A stretch of 64,000 bases of DNA from Paraspadella gotoi. Lineage: Eukaryota > Animalia > Chaetognatha. The stretch lies in contig CM119265.1 in assembly GCA_051294375.1 (NCBI GenBank), positions 19,904,012 to 19,968,011 on the forward strand, given 5' to 3'. Position 1 is the first letter of the stretch, and each line of letters starts with the position of its first letter. Positions 54,391 through 64,000 of this stretch are shown here, one piece after another. A program made the position numbers and the translations under genes. The notes under the pieces are model-generated. The model saw only the letters and a program-made list of their open reading frames with translations, made no database searches and was not told the DNA's origin.

Positions 54391-55232
54391 CTGAGTCCAA
54401 TAGAAATCACGCCAACTCCAACGCTCTTCGCCATTCTCACCAAAGGCGCCATTGTCACCACTCACCAGTGTCACCTGATTCTTGCGAATAAATTTAAAAG
54501 TATCTCAATGATCTCGGCCCTTTTCTCGCGACCACCACCCATTCTACCCCGTTCTTCCCACTCAACCGCAGCCTGGCCACGATCCCACCCCTTTTTTCCA
54601 GTCCTCAGCCGCCGCTGTCCTGACCAAGTACCAGCATTTTGCGGTCAACGAGGTTTCGTTGTTTTCTTTTTTTTTTTGACTTTTTTTGTTCGGACGAAAT
54701 GAGGGCGGCGATCTAATCCTTCGCGTGCCTTTTCTTTTCTTTCATTTTCATTTGTTTGTCCTCTGATTTTTTTTTCTCTTTCATCGACCGCATTCGATAC
54801 TTTCTCCATTTAGCTTCGATTGTCCCTTTTGTTTCGACGATCGGGAGGACATCTTTGAAGAAAGGGATCAATCGTGATCGAGGTTTGACCTCGTGAAACA
54901 AAAGGCGCGCGAAGCGAGGATGACTGAGAAAACTTGACGCCTCACATCGTCGTCTTTTCTGGGGAGAACGGAATTTTTTTTTCCCCCGTCTGTCGGACCC
55001 GTCATTTCTCCGACGCCTGTCACTCACATCGCGACAAATGTCAATATGTCGCTGTCACCATGAAGATGAATCATTTGACGTCTCAAGACGCTTCCAATCA
55101 ATTGTTCGGTCTGAATCTGATTGGCCAACTCCCAATTCCATCGCCCCTCATTGTCTTTGGCCAAATGGGCAAAAACCCAATGAGTGTTCGACCGCTGTGA
55201 GGCGAAAATCCTTGGGGTGGAAGAAACGCCAT
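54391..55232 (-). CDS. Possible internal exons of an unidentified gene
   Basis: Four phase-compatible AG/GT-bounded open segments 55232-55028, 54923-54801, 54619-54567, 54474-54391. No recognisable domain, and some splice sites are weak. Confidence 0.35.
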
Positions 55233-57040
55233 CTGCAATCGAGTTATCGTCGATATTCGCTCATCTTCTCGACTTCTATCTAACCATTAATGTTCACTGC
55301 TGTTTCTCTCTTTTTCTCACACTAGTCTTTCTTTCACAAATTCCTTCAGTCGAAGACAGACAAATATTTCTCGTTATATCTACTTAAATATTTGATAATT
55401 TATATTTGTTAAACTGCGGGGTTCCCCCTCCCGTCCGCTCCGCGCCCCCGCTTTCTCAGATCCCGGCGATTCGCGGCCCCAGCTTCTCTTAACTCACTCC
55501 GTCATTCGTAGGATTCACTCACCTTAGGAACTCATCATCGAAGGATTTACTTACCCGATTCACTCTCGACTTCGTGCGATGGATTCATTCGCCCACTAAA
55601 CTTACCCACAAAATGATTGGTAAATCTCTCCGCCCACAAAGTCAGTGACCCGTCCTAATGGTTGACCCATTCACTTATCTATTTCCCAAGCCAGACCCAG
55701 CCACTCTCGCTCCAATCAGCCTGACCCAGCATGACTCAGCCACCTACGCCTCTACAGCTTTCATGACGCGAGCCGAAATTCTTTGTTGCGCAAACAATTT
55801 TTTTTTTCCTAATATATAAAAATATTTCGTTCGTACTTTTGATAAAAATTTAGTTCTCTCTTTTCGGTTTCTTTTGAAAAAAAAATATTGGGAAAAATAT
55901 AGAAATATTCGTGAACTTTCTCAGCCGGTGAAAAAAAATTATAACATTTTTTTTCTTTCATCCTCCCACGTTAGGAAATATTTCACGACTTTTTAACGTC
56001 AATAGAATAATTTTTTTTAAATTCTGGGTTTCGCTTTATATTATTTAGACATACGTTGCGCCTTTGATATTTCTTTTTAATTTTTAGGCGGTTTTCACTA
56101 TTTTTTTTTAAAGTTTATGACTTTATCTCCTATAAAGTCACATTTTCTTAGCTAATAGTTTTTTTTTGGTTCAAGATTCTGCATATATAGTTCATTTTTG
56201 GCTTTTAGCTTTTCTTTCAACTCGTTGCTTTCTTTTTCCATTATTCGTTTTAAAAAAAATAAAGTTTCTCTCTCAATTTTATCATCTGCTGTTTTCGAAT
56301 ATTTACTTCGCACTCACCTTTTTCGCTTCGAAATCGAAAAAGTCACCACCCAATCACCACCAGACTGTTATACCACCGCCCCAAATCCACCCCCCCCTTC
56401 CTAAAACCAATAAAGTTTTTTTTTTCGAGAAAATTGATTCGACTTTTCTCCTGTTTGACGACGACAACAACAACAACAACAAACAAAACCGTAAAATAAA
56501 ACGCAATAACAATAATACCGAAAGCTATATAAACCTGTAAAAGAGTTGAAGCTTTTTATTCGGAGCGTGAAATCAATCAACTCGAAACGGGTATCGTTTA
56601 AAGCTTCGAGTTTTCCTTAACAAAAAAAAACCGAATGTTATGTAACGTTTAAGACATTTATTAAATGACAAGGAAAGGTCAGGTCTAAAAAAAGGGCAGC
56701 TTGACAATCAAAATATAGCCAATACACTTCGTAAGGAGAAAAAAAAACGGTCAGTATAATATAGTCGAAGGTATCATATCTATAAAAAATATTTTTCAAC
56801 GAAAATCTCGAGTCTATTTTCGATTTAAAAAAAAAACGTAAAAGAATCAAAAATAAATAAGAAGAGACACTAAAAATAAACCGAAGAAAATAAGTGGGCG
56901 AATGTATGTATGCGTATTTATATAAATAGATGTTTATAAAAAACGTTCCACACAATTTTAGTTCGTTTCGTTTTTATGATTTACATTAACGATTTTCATT
57001 TACATTAAGGAGAGAGAGAGAGAGAGAAGAGAGGGGGGGG

Positions 57041-57074
<34 letters not shown>

Positions 57075-57086
57075 AGAGAGAGAGAG

Positions 57087-57134
<48 letters not shown>

Positions 57135-58761
57135 AGAAACATCGCGTTTTCCTCGAATGACGTCCTTGAAAAAAAAAAATAATCTTCATCCATGCGGTCA
57201 GAATTTGCATAAAGGAGGCGTTAGCGACGATGAGAGTATCGGAGGAGAAGGTGGGGTGAGGGGTGAGGCAGTGGGTAAGGTGGCCGAGGTAAGGCAGCGG
57301 TGTTAGGGAAAGGAAATCGGGATGGAAAACGGGACAGGGTGGCCTCGGGAAATAACGACGGGTTTACGCTTCGCCAACGCGGGTAAGTTTACGAAATTGA
57401 CAAGAGAATTAGTTGGCGATTGACGACGAAGAGAATCGATGGCGGAAGTGATATCGATTCGACGCCGGAGGTAAAGAGTCGTCGCTTGGCAACGGTTTTC
57501 GCTTCGGAGATTCGATCGATGGATCGACTGAAGTATGACCGGATGCGCGTCGAAAATGACCCACTTTTCGGAGCTTCGACTTCTTACATAGGAAAACAAC
57601 CGAGAGGACATAAGAAACTGTCACCGAGACGCTGAGAAGGAACCATTAAGTTTTAAACATGAAATCGCCAAAGGTTAAAAAACCAAATTCGCACGACGAG
57701 ATCGAGCGGCGGTTGCCAACGACCTCTTTTGGCAATCGCTCGAGAAAAACGCTTTGCGGATTCATTAACGATTTTATTTCCTTTGGTTTATTTTACGCGG
57801 CGAAAAGAAAGTTTGGCCCATTGACAAAACACAAACAATGATAAGGCCGATCGCGGGTTAAAGTCGCTAATTGTGTGGAAGATTAAAAGATTAAAAAATG
57901 AACTTTGGCTCGTTGAAGAGTTTTTTTTTTCGAAATTCAAGACTTTGTTTACTAACATGATCCTAGATTGAAGGGGGTTTGGCGCGACATTAGCATCCGT
58001 GATTTTTAAAACTTTTAGAAAGTCAAATTTTTATAATTGGGTTGGGATACTAAAAATGAAGACGTAGTGATAAACTGAAAATCAATATGGCTTGGATTTA
58101 AGAAATATTCATTAAATTAATTCGTAGTGTACTGAACTCAACATAAAAATTGCCCGTTTCTACGTTGATATTTATCCAATAGAATCTTTTTTTTTTCACA
58201 AAAACTTGTCTCTTTCCTTTTTCCTCCCATTTTCCTTCTTTCATCTCTTCCTTCAATTTCCTTTCTTCGTTTCCTTTCTCACTCAATCGATTTCTCTTTT
58301 TTTCCTTTTCCGTCCACCAGTTTGTACTCAACAATAAGAACGAAAACGACGACGACAACCGAACTACAACTACGTATAACGACAGCAACAACACTTCGAA
58401 CCACGAGTCGCACAATTCTGTTCGTTTCCGACTTTTATTCGTTTTCCGTTTGACTTTTATGCTTCGAGTTAAAATAACATTTTCGTATCTTAATCCCACT
58501 TTTTTTGTGTCATTCGATATATAACTTAAACATTCTAAATGTTTCGTCGAGAGAAAGAATTCTACTCCGTCGTTAGCTTCACGTTTATTTACGCTTCGAA
58601 AGGGAAATGCGTTTTCATGAATTCCGTTGCTCCTCTGTTTTTTTCTCTCTCCATCTGGCGTCGAAGTAACAAAAGTTCCCTTTGTCTATTTTCTGTTTTT
58701 TCCAAAAAGCGAAAAAAAAAACTAACAAAAGTCCAGACTACTCTCTCCCTCTCCCTTTCCC

Positions 58762-58820
<59 letters not shown>

Positions 58821-59068
58821 ATCTCCGCTCGCGTCGTAGAGTCGTAGTAGAGTAGCGAGTGTTGTTTATACGAAAGTGTTTATATCGAAAATCTTATCGG
58901 ATCTGACGCGAGGATGACGTCAAGCCTTCCATTAGATCCACACAGATTCCGTCGCGTGTATTTCTAATTTACTTTAATTAAAATTCTAAAAGTGAGGAAC
59001 GAACAACATTATATTAATGAAACATTTTATTGTAATAAAAAAAAATTTATAATAAATTTTATAATTTA

Positions 59069-59457
59069 CGCAGTAGGCTATATTTATACTAGTTACTAAA
59101 CCAATAAATGTTAAAATTTCAAAACAGTTTTTTTCGAAGAATTTTTTGCCAGATTTGGATTCGTCATAAAAAAGTGATAAAAAGAAATATACTCTTTTTG
59201 AAAAATTCCTTCATTAAGTGGGTCAAAAATGAAAAAAAACAATATTTTAAGCTGAAAATTAACTTTTTATATATTAAATATAGTTTTTTAATTTTAACCA
59301 ATTTAATGAAAGAATTTTTAAAAAATGATTTTTTATATTTTCTTTTATCAACTTTTGACGAGGAATCAAATCTGTAATAAAAAATAAGAAAAAGCCTATT
59401 TTGAAATTTTTCAATTTTATAAAGGATAGTACTATATATACAATATGCCCTACTGCG
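59069..59457. mobile_element. AT-rich foldback / MITE-like element
   Basis: Terminal inverted CGCAGTAGG / CCTACTGCG with internal complementary blocks (CAGATTTG...TGATAAAAAGAAATATA vs TATATTTTCTTTTATCA...CAAATCTG). Confidence 0.6.
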
Positions 59458-59698
59458 AACCTTAAAAACATAAAATTAATTTTTTTTTACAAATTAATGT
59501 TACTTGATGGTATGTTGTTCATAATTGACTTTTAGAATTTTTGCGTATGTTAACTTTCACTACGCCTTAATCCACACGCATTCCGTTCGCATCGGTGGTT
59601 TTAATTTTTTTTATTTTTCAGTTGAATGAATGAAGAAAGTGATGTTTGTTTTGGTATCTCGATGACGTCAGAAAGTACATCGTAAGTTGATTCCTTTG

Positions 59699-59738
<40 letters not shown>

Positions 59739-60017
59739 AAGAGAGAGCCCTTCGTCTCCAGAAGCGCTTTCGTCTTTTCATCGCAGTCGTCGCTGTCGAC
59801 ATTGCGATCTCTCTGTCTCTCTCTAGTAACTCGCTCTCACTGTCTCAGTCAGGTAAGACACTGGGCCTTTTACGTCCTTCGGTGACCGTCACGACGACGA
59901 TGACGACGATGNNNNNNNNNNCGATGACGACGGTGACTTTACGATCGGACGATGTAATATCTGTTTCTATCGCCGCTGGAACAAAGATACTGAAAGTCCA
60001 ACTACTCTTCCATGCCA

Positions 60018-60318
60018 GTCGGAGGTAGTGGCGTGCCTCTGTGATCCAGCTAGTTGGAGACTGGGGTCTCAGGACGATCTGAGGCTGGGAGTTCTGTGTC
60101 GTCATGTCTCATGTCGATAGGATGTCCGCTTGAAGTTCGGTGGCAATATGGTTGCTTCGGCGGAGGCCAGGGTGACCAGGTTGACTAAGGAGAGGTGAAC
60201 CGGGCCAGGGTCGAAAGTCAGCAGCTCAAAGCCTCCACACTGAACAGTCAAGGGATCGCATCCTTGAGTGTGCTTGGTGGCTCAGCCCGGTCAACATGGT
60301 CGGACTACGCTCTCTTTT
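60018..60318 (+). ncRNA. RN7SL: 7SL RNA (signal recognition particle RNA)
   Basis: Colinear with metazoan SRP RNA: Alu domain (GTGGCGTGCCTCTGTGATCCAGCTA), TGTCCGC...AAGTTCGG...CAATATGGT, helix 6 GGAG loop, ACCAGGTTG.CTAAGGAG.GGTGAACCGG, helix 8 CCAGG-GTC-GAAA-GTC-AGCAG, GGGATCGC, CAGCCCGGTCAACAT and a CTCTTTT Pol III end. About 300 nt. Confidence 0.95.
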
Positions 60319-60793
60319 GCTTTTTTATCATACATACGTAAGTATAGTCCGAATACCTCATAATTAGTGAGAAAAAAAAATCCCTTGGAGAGGTTCGAAC
60401 CCGTGATGTTACTTTTGCTTCTTTCACCCCAAAAATTTGATATTATTATTAAAGTTTTTTTTTTTAAGAACATCCGTAATTAAAAGAATAGAAATAGCAA
60501 AACGAAGCAAAACCTAAAAATGAGTGTCAGAAGCCAAGGCCAAGAAATGTATATTTTTTTCTGCTGTTCAAATTGCTGCCCGAGCCCATAGAAAGTCTCT
60601 TTCTCCCACTTTAGCCTCACTTTCCCCGCACAGTGTCACCCACACCTCTCTAATCCACAGTGACCCCGAGTGAATCCCGTGTCACGCGGGATCCGTTTAG
60701 TCACGTCGCTCCGTTCATTTTTGAGGTCACGTGACTGCGACGACTCTAATGGAATCATCGACAAACTCGATTTGGCGGGGATTAAAGTCGGAA

Positions 60794-60828
<35 letters not shown>

Positions 60829-61503
60829 CCCGGCCATCTGTCCGCGATATTCAAATTAAAAAGTTAGAAGGAAAATACAGGCTCGATCCTGTTTCATCCG
60901 AGTCTTCAGGGTNNNNNNNNNNNNNNNNNNNNNNNNNNNNNNNNNNNNNNNNNNNNNNNNNNNNNNNNNNNNNNNNNNNNNNNNNNNNNNNNNNNNNNNN
61001 NNNNNNNNNNNNNNNNNNNNNNNNNNNNNNNNNNNNNNNNNNNNNNNNNNNNNNNNNNNNNNNNNNNNNNNNNNNNNNNNNNNNNNNNNNNNNNNNNNNN
61101 NNNNNNNNNNNNNNNNNNNNNNNNNNNNNNNNNNNNNNNNNNNNNNNNNNNNNNNNNNNNNNNNNNNNNNNNNNNNNNNNNNNNNNNNNNNNNNNNNNNN
61201 NNNNNNNNNNNNNNNNNNNNNNNNNNNNNNTGCGCATTAGATATTTTTTTAGTAAGTCAAAATTCTTGTTTTACTAAATGTTGTCAAAACTTATTTCAAA
61301 TATGTGTTTACGAATTCCTTGATCTTTTCGCATTTAACTTACTGGAGTGAAAAAAAGAAAACAAAATTTTAAATTACTTTTTCATTATTAAATTTTTGGG
61401 AATAGTTTGGCGAATTGGAAACGTTTTCTTTTTCTTACCTTCTCTAGAAAATCTAAACCCTTCGGTGGTTTTTTATGACTGTAAATCATTTTACAACCTC
61501 GTC

Positions 61504-61540
<37 letters not shown>

Positions 61541-64000
61541 NNNNNNNNNNNNNNNNNNNNNNNNNNNNNNNNNNNNNNNNNNNNNNNNNNNNNNNNNNNN
61601 NNNNNNNNNNNNNNNNNNNNNNNNNNNNNNNNNNNNNNNNNNNNNNNNNNNNNNNNNNNNNNNNNNNNNNNNNNNNNNNNNNNNNNNNNNNNNNNNNNNN
61701 NNNNNNNNNNNNNNNNNNNNNNNNNNNNNNNNNNNNNNNNNNNNNNNNNNNNNNNNNNNNNNNNNNNNNNNNNNNNNNNNNNNNNNNNNNNNNNNNNNNN
61801 NNNNNNNNNNNNNNNNNNNNNNNNNNNNNNNNNNNNNNNNNNNNNNNNNNNNNNNNNNNNNNNNNNNNNNNGGTCGTCGTCGTCGTCATCTTCGGTCAGA
61901 TCTCACGTCTCTTCTCGTTTCGGGTCCAGTTTAAAGATTCGGTTGTTTCTGGATTCTTATTTTTTCGTCCCCGACTTCGTTCCTTTCATTTTATAAGTGT
62001 TTTTCCGTCTTTTTATATCTTTTATTTATCTATTGGCTTTTTTCAAAAATATTTTTAACGTTTGCTTCGACCGCTCGGAAAGTTGGAGCCACCCTTCGGA
62101 GAGATACGATTTTTTGGAGGCGGAAATTTCAAAGCGATGTTTTTTTTTTAACCGGGAAATTTTTTTTTCTTAAATGGTAAAAAAATTATCTGCCCGGAGG
62201 TGAGAGAAGAGGAATAGAAAACGAGTGAGAGAGAGTGAGAGCGAGTGAGAGCGAGAGAAAAAGAGAGACGATGAGTTTTCTCGCTCATTTAGTCAAAAGG
62301 AAAAAAAATTTAAAGTTCGAGTCTCAAAAATTGAGAAAGTTCTCCTCTAAAAAAAAAAAGACTTAACATTTCGTTTTGGGTAATACTTTATTTTATATAT
62401 TCATAACTTGTAACATTTTATTATTAATTTTTTCAGCCTCGAAACGTAAACAATTTGGTAGGACACAAAAAATCTGGATTGATTACGACAGCGTCGGACC
62501 TAAGATGTTGTTTACGCCTCAATTTTTTTTTTTTTTNNNNNNNNNNNNNNNNNNNNNNNNNNNNNNNNNNNNNNNNNNNNNNNNNNNNNNNNNNNNNNNN
62601 NNNNNNNNNNNNNNNNNNNNNNNNNNNNNNNNNNNNNNNNNNNNNNNNNNNNNNNNNNNNNNNNNNNNNNNNNNNNNNNNNNNNNNNNNNNNNNNNNNNN
62701 NNNNNNNNNNNNNNNNCCCTACAAATTTATTGAGAGACGCCATCCACTGTGATTTTTAGCCTCTTATTATCCTTGGAACTAGTTTTCGTACACAATGGAA
62801 TTGAGTCGGTGTCCTCGATGTCACGATGGAATTTTCGTCGTTCCGTGACTTTTCTTCAAAACTTTCGATGACGTCACTTCACCGCGATTTTTTCGCCTGA
62901 ATTTCATTCCTCGACTTAATTTGGAATTTCACAAATGCTAGGTAATTTAGGATAGATCGACGATGTGGTCGAGCCCGTGTTGTGGCCGTGAAAAGCTTAA
63001 GCAAATTTATTTACAAAAAAAAAAAAGTCGGAAAAAAATTTGGTAACGCCCTTCNNNNNNNNNNNNNNNNNNNNNNNNNNNNNNNNNNNNNNNNNNNNNN
63101 NNNNNNNNNNNNNNNNNNNNNNNNNNNNNNNNNNNNNNNNNNNNNNNNNNNNNNNNNNNNNNNNNNNNNNNNNNNNNNNNNNNNNNNNNNNNNNNNNNNN
63201 NNNNNNNNNNNNNNNNNNNGATTGAATGAAAGAATTTTTTGTTTTTGAATAAAATGGCAGGAGGAATCTCCTTCTTTCTTCCCCTTTGCTTTTCCCCGTC
63301 TTTTATCTCTTCCTCCCCTCTCTTCAACCTTCTCTTCTCCCATCCTCCCTCCCTTCCTCGTCCACTTCTCCCTCTTTCCCCCGTCTTCATCATCTCTCTC
63401 TCTCTTTTCCCCTCTCTTCAAAAAATTTCGACTTTCACAAACTCACAAACTTTTAAAACTGGGTTTTCCATCGAGCGTGCCAAATGAAGAACCTAAATAT
63501 AAACAACCAAAAGAAAAAAAACAACAACAACGCTAACAATTAATCTGGATTCTGTAACGCACATTCCGGGTCCGGTTGCTGCGCAGCTGATGTCAGCGAG
63601 CGAACGTTGAGTCACAGAGATTTTTTTCTTTTTTTTCTCGTGTCGGTTTTAGTGGGAAATCTTTCTTCGGATTAAAAAAAAAAGCTGAAAAGAGTTTTTT
63701 GTCTTTCTNNNNNNNNNNNNNNNNNNNNNNNNNNNNNNNNNNNNNNNNNNNNNNNNNNNNNNNNNNNNNNNNNNNNNNNNNNNNNNNNNNNNNNNNNNNN
63801 NNNNNNNNNNNNNNNNNNNNNNNNNNNNNNNNNNNNNNNNNNNNNNNNNNNNNNNNNNNNNNNNNNNNNNNNNNNNNNNNNNNNNNNNNNNNNGCAATAT
63901 TTTGGCGTTATTGTTCCCGAATCTTTTCACGCAAAAAGAAATTTGCGTTCCCCGCTTTTGACTCCTTTCCGCTTCTTGAGAAGATGCGAACCGAGTCGAC

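Noticed and set aside
59845-60105. 86-aa minus-strand ORF
   Set aside because: Antisense to the 7SL gene and crosses an N gap.
60885-60912. Minus-strand CTGAAGA...GAAAC next to an N gap
   Set aside because: No stem II pairing and the context is missing.
60851-63930. Long ORFs in the last 3 kb
   Set aside because: Artefacts of N gaps.

Overview
Intron-rich, AT-rich invertebrate (animal) genomic DNA with many (GA/CT)n and (GAC)n microsatellites, plus N gaps in the last 13 kb. Genes in 0-30 kb: a 5'-truncated RRM protein (+), the first exons of a WW-domain gene (-), a LITAF-domain gene (-), CTDSPL2/SCP4 phosphatase (-), a CerS1-like ceramide synthase (+) and a Cys-less 'Pro-loop' pentameric ion-channel subunit (+). 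The channel's probable first intron holds a divergent tRNA-Pro(CGG)/tRNA-Lys(CTT) pair. The 30-64 kb half is mostly non-coding, probably large introns. It holds a probable first exon, a possible antisense orphan gene, a triplicated ~1.7 kb block and a 7SL/SRP RNA gene. The most striking object is a 652-bp non-coding LTR element (TRIM-like, 25378-26029, minus orientation, 4-bp TSD, PPT). Its LTRs contain a 72-nt tRNA-shaped domain and its short interior is an array of three different primer-binding-site-like motifs. A related solo LTR with its own TSD sits at 19355-19535. A Penelope-like foldback whose inverted repeat starts exactly at a hammerhead-like cleavage site, and a perfect H-type pseudoknot at 42375-42411, also stand out. 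All calls are by eye; no searches or folding programs were run.
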